Made by a program: the position numbers and the translations under genes | The notes under the pieces: generated by a model | What the model was told of the DNA's origin: nothing | What the model saw: only the letters and a program-made list of their open reading frames with translations | The model's database searches: none | Part shown: positions 1 through 10,045 of the stretch, piece by piece | Position numbering within the stretch: the stretch's first letter is position 1 | How the letters are laid out: the number at the start of each line of letters is the position of its first letter | Assembly (NCBI GenBank): GCA_964388035.1 | Contig: CAYLZE010000018.1 | Location: 1 to 60,634 of the forward strand | Direction of reading: 5' to 3' | Source: an uncultured archaeon | GTDB taxonomy: Archaea > Asgardarchaeota > Lokiarchaeia > Sigyniarchaeales > SOKP01 | Length of the DNA: 60,634 nt

Positions 1-231
1 GATTTTAAAAAATTTGTGAAGAAGGAAGCTGCTTACATATTAATTGGAAATAAGATCGATTTAGAGGATAATCGCATCATTACATCTGAACAAGGAAAAT
101 CTCTGGCAGAGGAGATGCAAGCAAGTGAATTTATAGAAACAAGTGCTAAATTTGGGGATAATGTTGAAAATGCATTTTATCGGTTAGTGAAACAAATTTT
201 ACAGAATAATGGGGTACTCCTTGACCCTTGA
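1..231 (+). CDS. Rab/Ras-like small GTPase, C-terminal part (5'-truncated by window edge)
   Basis: Frame is open from base 1 (DFKKFVKKEAAYILIGNKID...). G4 motif GNKID and G5 motif ETSAK are present. Confidence 0.9.
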   Translation, partial: DFKKFVKKEAAYILIGNKIDLEDNRIITSEQGKSLAEEMQASEFIETSAKFGDNVENAFYRLVKQILQNNGVLLDP

Positions 232-372
232 ATAAGAGGGAATAAACGTGAAGTTTTCGATAAAATTTTATAGCCACGCGAATTAAACTATTCATAATTA
301 TAACAATCTATTCATTAGTTCTCGAATACTTGAGAACATAGTATCGATTAGTTAAAGCGGGCAAGTTGAATC

Positions 373-1524
373 ATGAAAGAATTATCTAAAGTAATTTCTA
401 ATGCTCCAAAATCAAAAATTCGCGAGTTGTTCGATCTCGCAGCAGGACGCAGTGATATTATTAGCCTTGGAATCGGGCAGCCTGATTTTGAAACTCCCGA
501 ACCGGCAATTCAAGGAAATATCAATGCATTAAAGAAGAAAATTACCATGTATGCTCCCACGCGCGGGGTTCCTGAATTATTGGAATTATTAGAGCATAAA
601 GTAAAAGTCGTTAATAATATTAATGCCCGGTGGAAGGAAAACATCATGGTAACAAATGGAGGGAGCCAGTCCATCACGTTAGCCATGGCATCTTTATTTA
701 ATCCTGGAGATGAGCTGCTGTTATCTTCACCAAATTTTGTATCGTATTTTTATTGTAGTTCTTTTTTTGGGGTGAAAGCAGTAGAAATTAAAAGAAAGGA
801 AGATTTCAGCGTGGATCTGGAACGGATGCGTGATTCAATAACTAACAAGACAAAAGCTATCTTAATAAATTCTCCAAATAATCCTACTGGTTATGCATTA
901 ACTAAAAATGAATTCACTTCAATAGTGAACATGGTATTAGAGAATGATTTATATCTAATCAGTGACGAGGTATATGAGAATTATCTTTATGATGGAATCA
1001 ACCACTTCAGCCCCAGTTCCTTGGATGAAATGTTTGACCGAACCGTGACGCTAAACGCCATGAGTAAGATGTTCAGCGCAACGGGTTTTCGATTAGGATA
1101 TGTAGTAGCCAACAAGGAAATCATTGATTTAATGGAGAAATATCACCAGTATACGGTTGCTGGTACGAATCATGCTGCCCAATATGGATTTATCGAAGCT
1201 TTAAAGATGGATCCTTCCTTCTTTGAATCAATTTTGAAAGAATTTGAAGTCCGGCGTGATTTCGTGTATAAACACCTAAAAGAAATGGGATTTCAGGTGG
1301 TCAAACCCCAAGGAGCATTCTATATAATGCCTTCCGTCAAACCTTTCGATATGACAGGTTCGGAATTTTCTGAAAGAATAATAAAGGAAAAAGGAGTTGC
1401 CATTGTCCCAGGTGAAATTTTTGGTAGTTTTTCGAGTGACATGCTAAGGATCTCTTACGCTATTCCATTAAAGTTATTAGAAGAAGCGATGAACAGAATA
1501 GAAGATTTCATTAAAAAAAGGTAG
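373..1524 (+). CDS. PLP-dependent aminotransferase class I/II (aspartate aminotransferase-like)
   Basis: LGIGQPDF, NSPNNPTG, SDEVY and SKMFSATGFRLGY (PLP lysine) motifs. Confidence 0.93.
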   Translation: MKELSKVISNAPKSKIRELFDLAAGRSDIISLGIGQPDFETPEPAIQGNINALKKKITMYAPTRGVPELLELLEHKVKVVNNINARWKENIMVTNGGSQSITLAMASLFNPGDELLLSSPNFVSYFYCSSFFGVKAVEIKRKEDFSVDLERMRDSITNKTKAILINSPNNPTGYALTKNEFTSIVNMVLENDLYLISDEVYENYLYDGINHFSPSSLDEMFDRTVTLNAMSKMFSATGFRLGYVVANKEIIDLMEKYHQYTVAGTNHAAQYGFIEALKMDPSFFESILKEFEVRRDFVYKHLKEMGFQVVKPQGAFYIMPSVKPFDMTGSEFSERIIKEKGVAIVPGEIFGSFSSDMLRISYAIPLKLLEEAMNRIEDFIKKR

Positions 1525-1547
1525 CAGTTTTTATGAATAAAAAAGAT

Positions 1548-2672
1548 TTAGAGATAGGTTTTAATTAAAGCAGCTGTTAAAGCTCTTGCTGCTTTAAATA
1601 TATGATTTATATTCACTCTTTCATTAAATTTATGAATTTCTTCGGGATTTCCAGGACCAAATATGATAAAGGGGATGGGGTCTTCTTTAGTAACCAATTT
1701 AGCAGCATCAGTGGCATATGATAATCCTATAATGGTTGTACCGATTTCTTTTTGCAAATTCACAATTATTAATTCATCTGGATTCGATTGTTTAGCAAAC
1801 AAACGGTCCAAAATTTCTACCTCAAGTTGACAGGGATCAGTCAGCATGTTCCTAATTTTATCTAGCAATTTTTGAGGATCTTGCTCAGGAACTAATCGAA
1901 AATCTAAAAAAAGCGATGTAGATTCAGGAACAACATTGATTGCGTTGCCTCCATGAATCTTACCAATATTTAAAGTTGATTTGCCAAGGATAGGATTGGT
2001 TACATCATCAAAACATTCTTTTATTAGCGATATTAGTGTTGCAGCACATTCAATTGAATTTATTCCTTTTTCCGGCATGGAACCATGAGCGGCTTTCCCT
2101 TTCAAAGTCGCTTTCAACCATAGAACCCCTTTTTCAGCAATTCCAATATTCAAATTCGTAGGTTCTGCAACTATTAATAAAGTTGCATCCTTCACGATTC
2201 CCATTTTCATCAATTGTGAGGATCCAGTCATTCCTGCTTCCTCATCCGCAGTTCCAGCAAAGATAATTGTATATTTTTCTAAAAATTTCTGATTTTTTAT
2301 CAATTGGTTCATTATCGCGATGCACATTACTATGCCTCCTTTCATGTCTGCTGAGCCACGACCATACAGGAATCCATTGTCTTCTTGAGCAGAAAAGGGG
2401 TGATATTTCCATTGAGAAGGATCTCCCGATGGCACCACATCAAAATGTCCGCATAATATAATTTTTTTCTCTCCAATTCCAATTTTAGTGATTAAGTCAT
2501 GAAGTTGATTTTCTCCCTTATAATAAGAAATGATCTCATTACGAAAACCTAACTCTTCCCTAAACACCTTATTTGTCAAATAATTAACGATTTCTTCAGT
2601 TTTACCAGGGGGATTTTCGGTGTTAAATTGCACGAGATCCCGTAAAATGGAAATCAATTCTTCTTCTGACAT
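1548..2672 (-). CDS. M20 family metallopeptidase/deacylase (ArgE/DapE-like)
   Basis: GHFDVVP, YGRGSADMKGG, DEEAG, AEPT, GKAAHGS and terminal H (EIHKFNE). Confidence 0.92.
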   Translation of the reverse strand: MSEEELISILRDLVQFNTENPPGKTEEIVNYLTNKVFREELGFRNEIISYYKGENQLHDLITKIGIGEKKIILCGHFDVVPSGDPSQWKYHPFSAQEDNGFLYGRGSADMKGGIVMCIAIMNQLIKNQKFLEKYTIIFAGTADEEAGMTGSSQLMKMGIVKDATLLIVAEPTNLNIGIAEKGVLWLKATLKGKAAHGSMPEKGINSIECAATLISLIKECFDDVTNPILGKSTLNIGKIHGGNAINVVPESTSLFLDFRLVPEQDPQKLLDKIRNMLTDPCQLEVEILDRLFAKQSNPDELIIVNLQKEIGTTIIGLSYATDAAKLVTKEDPIPFIIFGPGNPEEIHKFNERVNINHIFKAARALTAALIKTYL

Positions 2673-2726
2673 TATTCTTTTAGACCCGATTTGCTCGTTG
2701 TCATAATCTGGTTTTTCTTAAAATCT

Positions 2727-3932
2727 TTAGACATAATCCACTTCAACACGAGTCTTGGGAAACATTTCAGCCCCTTTGCTTGTTACCAATGTTGGTGCTT
2801 CCAATCTAAGTCCCCCTAATCCAGGACGGTTAAATACCACGGCGGCGATTTCAACCATGTTTTCTTCAAAAATCATGTCTCCCCACCCCTTACCGGGTAA
2901 GATCATCGGCCAAGATTCATTTCCAATACACCCTATTGAATGTCCGAGTCCGAAAAATAAATCATTTCCGAAGCCTTCTTTGTCCGCAACTTTTCTTACT
3001 TCTTGATAGCAGTTGTCAAAAGTATTCCCCGGATACATGTTATCTAAAAGGGCATAACATAATTGTTCAAATACATCATTGAACTTTTTTAATTCCGGGG
3101 GACATTTGCCAAGCACATAGTTATGACTCAAATCTCCCAAATAACAACCATATTCACTGTGCAAATCGACCAATAATGATTCTCCTTCTATCACCTCTTT
3201 ATTGGTAGCAGGGGTGCATCCATTAAAGGTCCAGCTCGCTCGATAGCCGGATCCAATTTCTTCACTTCCAGTGAATGTCCACTCGTAATTACTTCCTGCT
3301 TTTCTCATGGCTAGGGTTCCTATTCCTGCGATCTCATTTTCCGTAAACATTTTTCCAGCAGGACGTTCTCGTAAAGCATTTTTGACTGCCGCTTGCCCCA
3401 CATCCGTTATCTGACTTGCTTTTTTTAACATGGCAATTTCTTCGGGTTCTTTTATTAACTGAATTCGTTCCGTCTTATCGTTGAAATCTACAAGTTCGCA
3501 TCCCGGAAACATGTTATTTATGATTTGTGATTCAGTAAAAGAAAGCATTTGTCCTGTAACACAAATATCCAATCCCAATTCCACACCTATTTTGGGAGGC
3601 GTTCTCTTGGGATTATATATTCCCGCTTTTTTAGCTGTTGATTGCATGCGCTTTTCCCAAAAAAACCCTTTCATTGGGCCCCATCCTACTACTTCAATAT
3701 TTGATTGTGCTTCAGCTTTAATTCTTTCAACATCCAATAGAACCGTGTATAATGTTGGATTTCCCACCCCTTCTTTTGGTAAAAAGATATAGCTTTTCCA
3801 AGGTACGAAGCATCCGGTCAAATAGGTTATAGATTTTACCCGCGTGAGGATACAAAAATCAAGATCAAGCTCCTCCATTGCTACTTGATATTTCTTGATA
3901 TGCCTTTCCCAATCGATTTTTACATCATCCAT
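2727..3932 (-). CDS. M24 (Xaa-Pro peptidase/creatinase-fold) protein with divergent active site
   Basis: N-terminal creatinase-like domain (ITYLTG), then IKEPEEI, GCYLGDLSH, GLGHSIG and GGLRLE. Confidence 0.82.
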   Translation of the reverse strand: MDDVKIDWERHIKKYQVAMEELDLDFCILTRVKSITYLTGCFVPWKSYIFLPKEGVGNPTLYTVLLDVERIKAEAQSNIEVVGWGPMKGFFWEKRMQSTAKKAGIYNPKRTPPKIGVELGLDICVTGQMLSFTESQIINNMFPGCELVDFNDKTERIQLIKEPEEIAMLKKASQITDVGQAAVKNALRERPAGKMFTENEIAGIGTLAMRKAGSNYEWTFTGSEEIGSGYRASWTFNGCTPATNKEVIEGESLLVDLHSEYGCYLGDLSHNYVLGKCPPELKKFNDVFEQLCYALLDNMYPGNTFDNCYQEVRKVADKEGFGNDLFFGLGHSIGCIGNESWPMILPGKGWGDMIFEENMVEIAAVVFNRPGLGGLRLEAPTLVTSKGAEMFPKTRVEVDYV

Positions 3933-4125
3933 TTTTTATAAACTCCCATTTTTCTTTGCCCATCATTATTTGATTTATTATGATTTAAAATAGGATATAT
4001 ATAAATTTAAATTGAACTAAATTCAGAACGATCCAAAAAGGGCGAAAAGAATATTAACCTAATGGGAAAAATCACGTGGAAAGATGATGTAAATAACCAT
4101 TAGTAAAAACGTGAAGATCGCGGGA

Positions 4126-6408
4126 TTATTTATAAAAATCAGCCCGTGTTTCCGCAATATTACGAGATTCTGTGATCTGCTTTGCCATTTCCACGTATCT
4201 ATCTAATATTTCTTTTGGTAGGGTAGACTTTATTTTGGTCATGGCCAATTCAAAATCCTCCATTTCCACTTCTTTAAAATCTTGCATTTTTTTCCGAATG
4301 GCATTCATTCCCGCTTCTCTCGTAAGGTTTTCAAGGTCGGCGCCTGAAAAACCTTCAGTGAGTAATGCTAATTTCTTCAATGAAACATCCTTAGTTAGCG
4401 GCATGGTTCTGGTGTGTACTTTTAAGATTTCCTCTCTTCCTTCCAAATCGGGAGCTTCTACAAATACCAAGCGATCAATGCGTCCCGGTCTAAGAAAAGC
4501 AGGATCAACGATATCAGGTCGATTGGTGCTTGCAATGACTACTACTCCCTTACGATTTTCAATTCCATCCAATTCTACTAATAATTGATTTATGACTGTA
4601 TCATATACTTGAGAACCTTGATTTAATCCTCTTCCATATGCAAGAGCTTCAATTTCATCAAAATATACAATGGAAGGTGCGACTTGACGAGCTTTTATGA
4701 AGATTTCTCTAATCCTTTTTTCACTTTCTCCCACCCATTTAGAATACACTTCAGGTCCTTTTACAGAAATGAAATTGGATTTACTTTCGGTTGCAACAGC
4801 TTTTGCTAAGAGTGTTTTTCCACAACCGGGAGGACCGAATATAAGAATCCCATTTAGAGGACGAATTCCTGCTCTCTCGAATAAATGAGGAAAATTCAAG
4901 GGCCATTCTACTGCTTCTTTTAACTCATTTTTAACATCATGCAATCCCCCAACATCCTCCCAAGACACGTTAGGAACTTCCACGATGATTTCTCTCATCG
5001 CACTTGGTTTGATTATGTTAATAGCTTGGATGAAATCCTCATCGAATATTTTCAACTCTTGAAGAATATTACTGGGAATGGGCTCATCCAAGTTTATTTT
5101 GGGTAGAATTTTTCGTAATGCAAACATTGCCGCTTCTCGGCAAACTGCCATGATATCTGCTCCCGTGTATCCGTAACTGATCTCGGAGTATCGATCCAGA
5201 TCCACGTCCGTATTGAACGGCATTCCTCTGGTGTGAATTTGAAATATTTCCTTGCGTGCGTTCTTATCAGGTACTCCAAACACGATTTCCCTGTCAAATC
5301 GTCCCGGTCTTCTCAAGGCAGGATCTAATGCATCCACTCGATTAGTGGCTCCAATACATATAACGTCTTCCCTTCCCTTTAATCCATCCATGACGCTTAA
5401 AAGTTGAGCCACCACGCGTCTTTCTACCTCTCCCGTTATTTCTTGTCTCTTAGGAGCAATGGAATCGATTTCATCAATAAATATAATAGCAGGAGCATTC
5501 CTTTCTGCTTTTTCAAAGATTGCTCTTAAATTCCCCTCACTCGCTCCATAAAACTTGCTCATGATCTCCGGTCCATTTATTGTAAAAAAGTTAGCTTTTG
5601 ATTCTTGAGAAACCGCTTTTGCCATCAAGGTTTTTCCGGTGCCGGGAGGCCCATAAAATAGCACGCCCTTAGGGGGCTCAATATTTAATCTTTGAAAGAG
5701 CTCGGGATGTTTCAAGGGAAGTTCAATCATTTCTCTAATTTTTTGGATTGCTTCTGTTAAACCTCCCACATCATCATAAGTAATGATATCTCCTGAAGTG
5801 CTGAGCAGAACAACTTTTTTATTTACTTTGATAATTGTTCTACGATCAATTTTTACGACACGCCCTGCGGGTTCTGTTGCTTCAACCACTAATCTTAACG
5901 TTCCGAGTGTTGGTCCTTTCTTTCCTCCCTTAAAGAACGGCATCATTTTCATGATGTCGTCCATGGGATCCTCATCTGTTTTCCGAATGGTAAAAGAGCC
6001 GATGATATCAACAATATCTCCACTTACTACGGGTTTATCTATTAATTTACTTTTTATTGCCTCTGCTTGGCGCTTAATATCTATATTGGGTTTAGTGGGG
6101 CTTAAAACAATGGTCTCCGCGGGATAGACAACTGCTTTCCGCACATTTACCATTTCACCAATGGTGACTCCTGAATTTAGTCGTTGAATCCCATCCAATT
6201 TAATAATATTAGTGCCTCTTCCCGCCACATCTGCAACAACAATCCCGGAGGTAACTTTATTTCCCATTATCTCAATAATGTCTCCCGTTACCAGCCCAAT
6301 TTCTTCCATTACGGCTTGGTCCAAGTAGCATAAACTACGACCACTGCGGTTTTTCTCTAATCTCTCAACTCTTAGCTTAGCGCTCTTGGTTTGGAAATCT
6401 GATTGCAT
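4126..6408 (-). CDS. cdc48: CDC48/VCP (p97) AAA+ ATPase
   Basis: N-domain plus two AAA modules (GPPGTGKT/IFIDEID; GPPGCGKT/YFDEIE), SRH motifs RRPGRFD and LRPGRID, C-terminal ...DFYK. Confidence 0.96.
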   Translation of the reverse strand: MQSDFQTKSAKLRVERLEKNRSGRSLCYLDQAVMEEIGLVTGDIIEIMGNKVTSGIVVADVAGRGTNIIKLDGIQRLNSGVTIGEMVNVRKAVVYPAETIVLSPTKPNIDIKRQAEAIKSKLIDKPVVSGDIVDIIGSFTIRKTDEDPMDDIMKMMPFFKGGKKGPTLGTLRLVVEATEPAGRVVKIDRRTIIKVNKKVVLLSTSGDIITYDDVGGLTEAIQKIREMIELPLKHPELFQRLNIEPPKGVLFYGPPGTGKTLMAKAVSQESKANFFTINGPEIMSKFYGASEGNLRAIFEKAERNAPAIIFIDEIDSIAPKRQEITGEVERRVVAQLLSVMDGLKGREDVICIGATNRVDALDPALRRPGRFDREIVFGVPDKNARKEIFQIHTRGMPFNTDVDLDRYSEISYGYTGADIMAVCREAAMFALRKILPKINLDEPIPSNILQELKIFDEDFIQAINIIKPSAMREIIVEVPNVSWEDVGGLHDVKNELKEAVEWPLNFPHLFERAGIRPLNGILIFGPPGCGKTLLAKAVATESKSNFISVKGPEVYSKWVGESEKRIREIFIKARQVAPSIVYFDEIEALAYGRGLNQGSQVYDTVINQLLVELDGIENRKGVVVIASTNRPDIVDPAFLRPGRIDRLVFVEAPDLEGREEILKVHTRTMPLTKDVSLKKLALLTEGFSGADLENLTREAGMNAIRKKMQDFKEVEMEDFELAMTKIKSTLPKEILDRYVEMAKQITESRNIAETRADFYK

Positions 6409-6482
6409 TTTGAATTTAACTCGTTTTTTGCTTTTTTAATAAAATTATTTTTTTATAACTACTATCACTAATAAATAATTGC

Positions 6483-7322
6483 TTATTTTTTTTTTTCTAA
6501 TATTTTAAAAGCCTTCTTATTTTGATCTTCGTCTAACTTAAGGTTTAATTCTTGTATCAATTGATTGTTAAATTCTTTTTTAATTTCAAAATCTTCAAGG
6601 GACGTATTTAAATGGTTTTTCAGGAATTTTTTACGGAATTTGATGATAGCTTGTTTAAATGGTTGCAAGTCATCTTTTTTAAGGAGATCTCCCACTATGA
6701 TTCTGGTTTGCTGATCTATCTTTTCATGATCAAGCTTGGAAGTTGACTTAGAAGACATGACTCCGTTAATCAACGGAGAAGATTCTAGGAGGAGATTCGC
6801 GCATAATTCTTTCGTGAGAGAGGGTAATTTTGTAATTTTGGAAAGGTCATAGGTTTTAAAGGGAACATCCCAAGCATATTTTCCAAACTTATCGAATTTT
6901 CTTTCTATTTCCAATATGACCTCATTAGGAATTGGTGTATTCCTGTTCTCATTCCATTTTAAACAAACTTCCATTGGGGTGGAAATATGAATAATGAAAA
7001 AAGCCACGGCAAACTCATCAGCAATTTGTTTCAAATCATGTCTCATGCTAGTATAGTAATTCAAATCATCGCTGATAACAATAAAGCCCTTTTTTAACGC
7101 TTTTCTTATCAATTGGAGATGTTCTGATCTTACCACTTTTTCTTGATCGGGATCAAATTCCTTATTTCCAAGAGAATTCCTGATAACATCGGGATCGACG
7201 ATTTTTATGCTAGATATATTAGGGTACTTTTCAAGTTCGCTTTTTAATTGCTTAGCAAAAAAAGATTTGCCAGAAGCAGGTAATCCCGTTAAACACACGA
7301 GGAATTTTATTGAATCTTGCAA
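6483..7322 (-). CDS. pstK: O-phosphoseryl-tRNA(Sec) kinase (PSTK; KTI12-related P-loop kinase)
   Basis: LTGLPASGKS P-loop, DxIR, DDLNYYTSMR, RxxxIPNEVI and KYAWDVPF, all recalled as characteristic of archaeal PSTK. TTG start. Confidence 0.85.
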   Translation of the reverse strand: MQDSIKFLVCLTGLPASGKSFFAKQLKSELEKYPNISSIKIVDPDVIRNSLGNKEFDPDQEKVVRSEHLQLIRKALKKGFIVISDDLNYYTSMRHDLKQIADEFAVAFFIIHISTPMEVCLKWNENRNTPIPNEVILEIERKFDKFGKYAWDVPFKTYDLSKITKLPSLTKELCANLLLESSPLINGVMSSKSTSKLDHEKIDQQTRIIVGDLLKKDDLQPFKQAIIKFRKKFLKNHLNTSLEDFEIKKEFNNQLIQELNLKLDEDQNKKAFKILEKKK

Positions 7323-7327
7323 TTTTA

Positions 7328-7597
7328 TCAGCTTTTATTGAAACTAGTTATCAATTCTTCTTTTTTATCCTTTGATAATGCCTTTATTTTTAATTCTCTT
7401 TGCATTGCCTCTTTTTTTGTGAAATAGGATTCGAAATATTTCAACCTTATTCGGCTTTTTCCACGACAAAATTTTGCTCCTTTTCCCTCTCTATGTTGAT
7501 TTATCCTTTTTAGTAAATTTTTAGTATATCCCGTATAATATTGCTTGTTTCCGCTTTTTGAGATGGTTTCTAAGATATATACGTAATAAACGGGCAT
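7328..7597 (-). CDS. GIY-YIG nuclease family protein (YazA/UPF0213-like)
   Basis: YYVYIL...YYTGYT...RINQH..GKGAKF...EAMQRELKIK. Confidence 0.9.
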   Translation of the reverse strand: MPVYYVYILETISKSGNKQYYTGYTKNLLKRINQHREGKGAKFCRGKSRIRLKYFESYFTKKEAMQRELKIKALSKDKKEELITSFNKS

Positions 7598-7809
7598 GAT
7601 CTTCGCATCTATATATGTATTGCCTTGGATACTATATATTTTTTTATATTATATTTGGAAAGGATCTCAATTTTTTCATGAAATAAATAATAAGGATGAA
7701 TTTATACTTACTTAATATTATTTTTTAATTGAATGTATCACAAAAATTTATTATTATAAAACGCTTGATTTATTTTAAAGTGTTAGAAGTAAGTTGGATG
7801 TGACTTAAT

Positions 7810-8448
7810 ATTCCTAAGGGCATTTTCCTAATTAGATTTGATAGGATTGAGGGAGGTCAAGTCTACATGAAGCATCCCGAAGATTTAGAGATCCCCTTAA
7901 ATATCGTCCAACAGATTCAGATTTCTCATAACTTTGTTGAATCTTACATTATAACCAATGAGGAAAATTGGAATTCTCTCTCCTTTTACAATCCAGATAA
8001 AGAAATCGTGATAGTCCTCGTATTAGATAAGTATGATGATGGACGGGATTACAAAGAAGTATTAGATAATTTCAATAAAGAAATAGAGAAAGATTCCGCC
8101 TCTGAAGAAAGAATGAAGGCTCATTTGGAAAAAGTGTTCAATCTCAGCTTGGTTGCATTCAGAACCACGGAGGAAGTAGTGTTAAAATTATCTAATGAAT
8201 TAATGGAATTAAAGCTTAAAATATTCGATATAGAAGAACGATTTGAAAAAGTAAAAACCTGCACTCACCTGAGCGTAAAGGCGCAATTATTGATTTTATT
8301 AATTAAGCATAGTCAACTTACATTAGCTGAAATGAGTAGATCTATAAATGCAAGCGAATCCTGGTTAAAGAAAATCCTCAAGGACTTAATGAAAGAAAAT
8401 GTCCTAGCATTTAATAAAAAAGGCAACACTTATTACTTGGCTCTTTAA
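7810..8448 (+). CDS. uDENN/longin-like N-terminal domain + coiled coil + C-terminal winged-helix protein; probable ATT start
   Basis: The frame extends upstream of the track ATG (7867) to ATT at 7810, adding PKGIFLIRFDRIEGGQVY. An SD-like GTGA lies 6 nt upstream. The C-terminus LTLAEMSRSINASESWLKKILKDLMKENVL...YYL is wHTH-like. Confidence 0.6.
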   Translation: MPKGIFLIRFDRIEGGQVYMKHPEDLEIPLNIVQQIQISHNFVESYIITNEENWNSLSFYNPDKEIVIVLVLDKYDDGRDYKEVLDNFNKEIEKDSASEERMKAHLEKVFNLSLVAFRTTEEVVLKLSNELMELKLKIFDIEERFEKVKTCTHLSVKAQLLILLIKHSQLTLAEMSRSINASESWLKKILKDLMKENVLAFNKKGNTYYLAL

Positions 8449-8542
8449 TTTTTAATATAAAAAAATAGTTTCATAAGCGTGTAAATTTTTAATATATTGA
8501 ATTAATATAATCATATCCTAATTTCTTTAATAAAATAGTCTC

Positions 8543-9676
8543 ATGCAGTTAACAGAAGAAGAAATAGCCGCGGTAGAGAGGGTATTAAGGTCTCAAAAAT
8601 TAAGTTTGTTAACGGGAGAGGAAGTTACCACCTTTGAAAAAGAATTTGCACAATACATGGGAGTTAAATATGCCATTGGAGTGAATTCTGGAACGGCGGC
8701 ACTTCATGTTTCCATAGCATCCTTGAATATAGGCCCAGGTGATGAAGTAATTATTCCCCCTTTTACATTTATTGCAACCGCCAGTAGTATAATTCATAAT
8801 AATGCTATTCCTGTTTTTGCAGATATTGATGAGAGAACTTATACTCTCGATCCAAGATCCGTTGAACAACAAATTTCTGAAAAGACAAAAGCAATCCTTC
8901 CGGTGCATTTAGCGGGAATTTCTGCTGACATGGATCCTCTCCTGGAAATTGCAGAGAAATATCACTTGCATGTTATTGAGGATGCATGCCAAGCCCATGG
9001 TGCGGAATATAAAGGCAAGAAAGTGGGTACTATGGGAGATTTGGGAACTTTTAGTTTTTATCCCTCCAAAAATATAACCACGGGAGAAGGGGGCATGGTA
9101 ATCACGAATGATGATGAAATAGCAAGGCAATGCAGGTTAATCCGCCATCATGGAGAGCCTTCTTGGTATATTTATGAACGATTAGGGTGGAATTACAGGA
9201 TGAATGAAGTTCAAGGCGCGATTGGTAGGGTTCAATTGAGAAAATTGGATGCTTTTGTAGAGAAACGAAATCAAAATGCATTGTATTTATCTGACCAAGT
9301 GAAAGAAATAAACGGGATTAGTCCTCCTTATATTCCAGAATATTGTAAACCTGCATTTAATTATTGGATTGGGAGGATACATCCCGCTATTCTCAAATTG
9401 ACGAAATCTGAATTTCTGGAGAAATTCCCCTCGAGTAAAACCTTATATCCCATGCCCTTATATAAAACGGAGTTATTTAAAAATAAGATTGGATATCCAA
9501 AGGGTTGTCCATGGAGTTGCCCTTTCTATAATAAAGCGATGAATTATGAAGATTTAACGCTTCCCATCGTGGAAAAAATCACGAATGAAATCTTTGCCTT
9601 AGATATCTATCCAGAAGTTGATAGGAAAACATTAGATGGATATATTGAAATCATGAAGTCATTATCCCCCAATTAA
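8543..9676 (+). CDS. DegT/DnrJ/EryC1/StrS family PLP sugar aminotransferase
   Basis: NSGTAALH, EDACQAHG, FSFYPSKNITTGEGG and GWNYRMNE. Confidence 0.94.
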   Translation: MQLTEEEIAAVERVLRSQKLSLLTGEEVTTFEKEFAQYMGVKYAIGVNSGTAALHVSIASLNIGPGDEVIIPPFTFIATASSIIHNNAIPVFADIDERTYTLDPRSVEQQISEKTKAILPVHLAGISADMDPLLEIAEKYHLHVIEDACQAHGAEYKGKKVGTMGDLGTFSFYPSKNITTGEGGMVITNDDEIARQCRLIRHHGEPSWYIYERLGWNYRMNEVQGAIGRVQLRKLDAFVEKRNQNALYLSDQVKEINGISPPYIPEYCKPAFNYWIGRIHPAILKLTKSEFLEKFPSSKTLYPMPLYKTELFKNKIGYPKGCPWSCPFYNKAMNYEDLTLPIVEKITNEIFALDIYPEVDRKTLDGYIEIMKSLSPN

Positions 9677-9772
9677 CCGACTCATCAATTAAAAAAGAAA
9701 AAATTAATAAATGTTCTGAAAGAATTATTATTATAAACTAAATTCTAAGCATCCCCCACCCATCTTATTATC

Positions 9773-10045
9773 ATGAAACGGATCGAGATCAAAATATATG
9801 GACTCGTACAAGGAGTATTTTTTCGATATACCACCCGCAAATTTGCCAGAAAGCTAAGCTTAACCGGAACTGTCAAGAACATGCCAGATGGTAGCGTGTA
9901 TATTGAAGCAGAAGGTCCAGAAACTCAGTTATATGAATTATTAGATTTTGCTAAAAAAGGGCCCAAAAATGCGCGGGTGGAACGGGTGGAGCACGAGTTC
10001 ATGGAACCTAAGAATGAATTTACTAGTTTTGACTATGCGTTTTAA
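9773..10045 (+). CDS. acyP: Acylphosphatase
   Basis: GLVQGVFFR, GTVKNMPDGSV and KGPKNARVERV. Confidence 0.95.
   Translation: MKRIEIKIYGLVQGVFFRYTTRKFARKLSLTGTVKNMPDGSVYIEAEGPETQLYELLDFAKKGPKNARVERVEHEFMEPKNEFTSFDYAF

Noticed and set aside
7328-7597. GIY-YIG as a homing endonuclease or mobile element
   Set aside because: It is a stand-alone 89-aa catalytic domain of the housekeeping YazA type, with no intron, intein, DNA-binding tail or flanking repeats.
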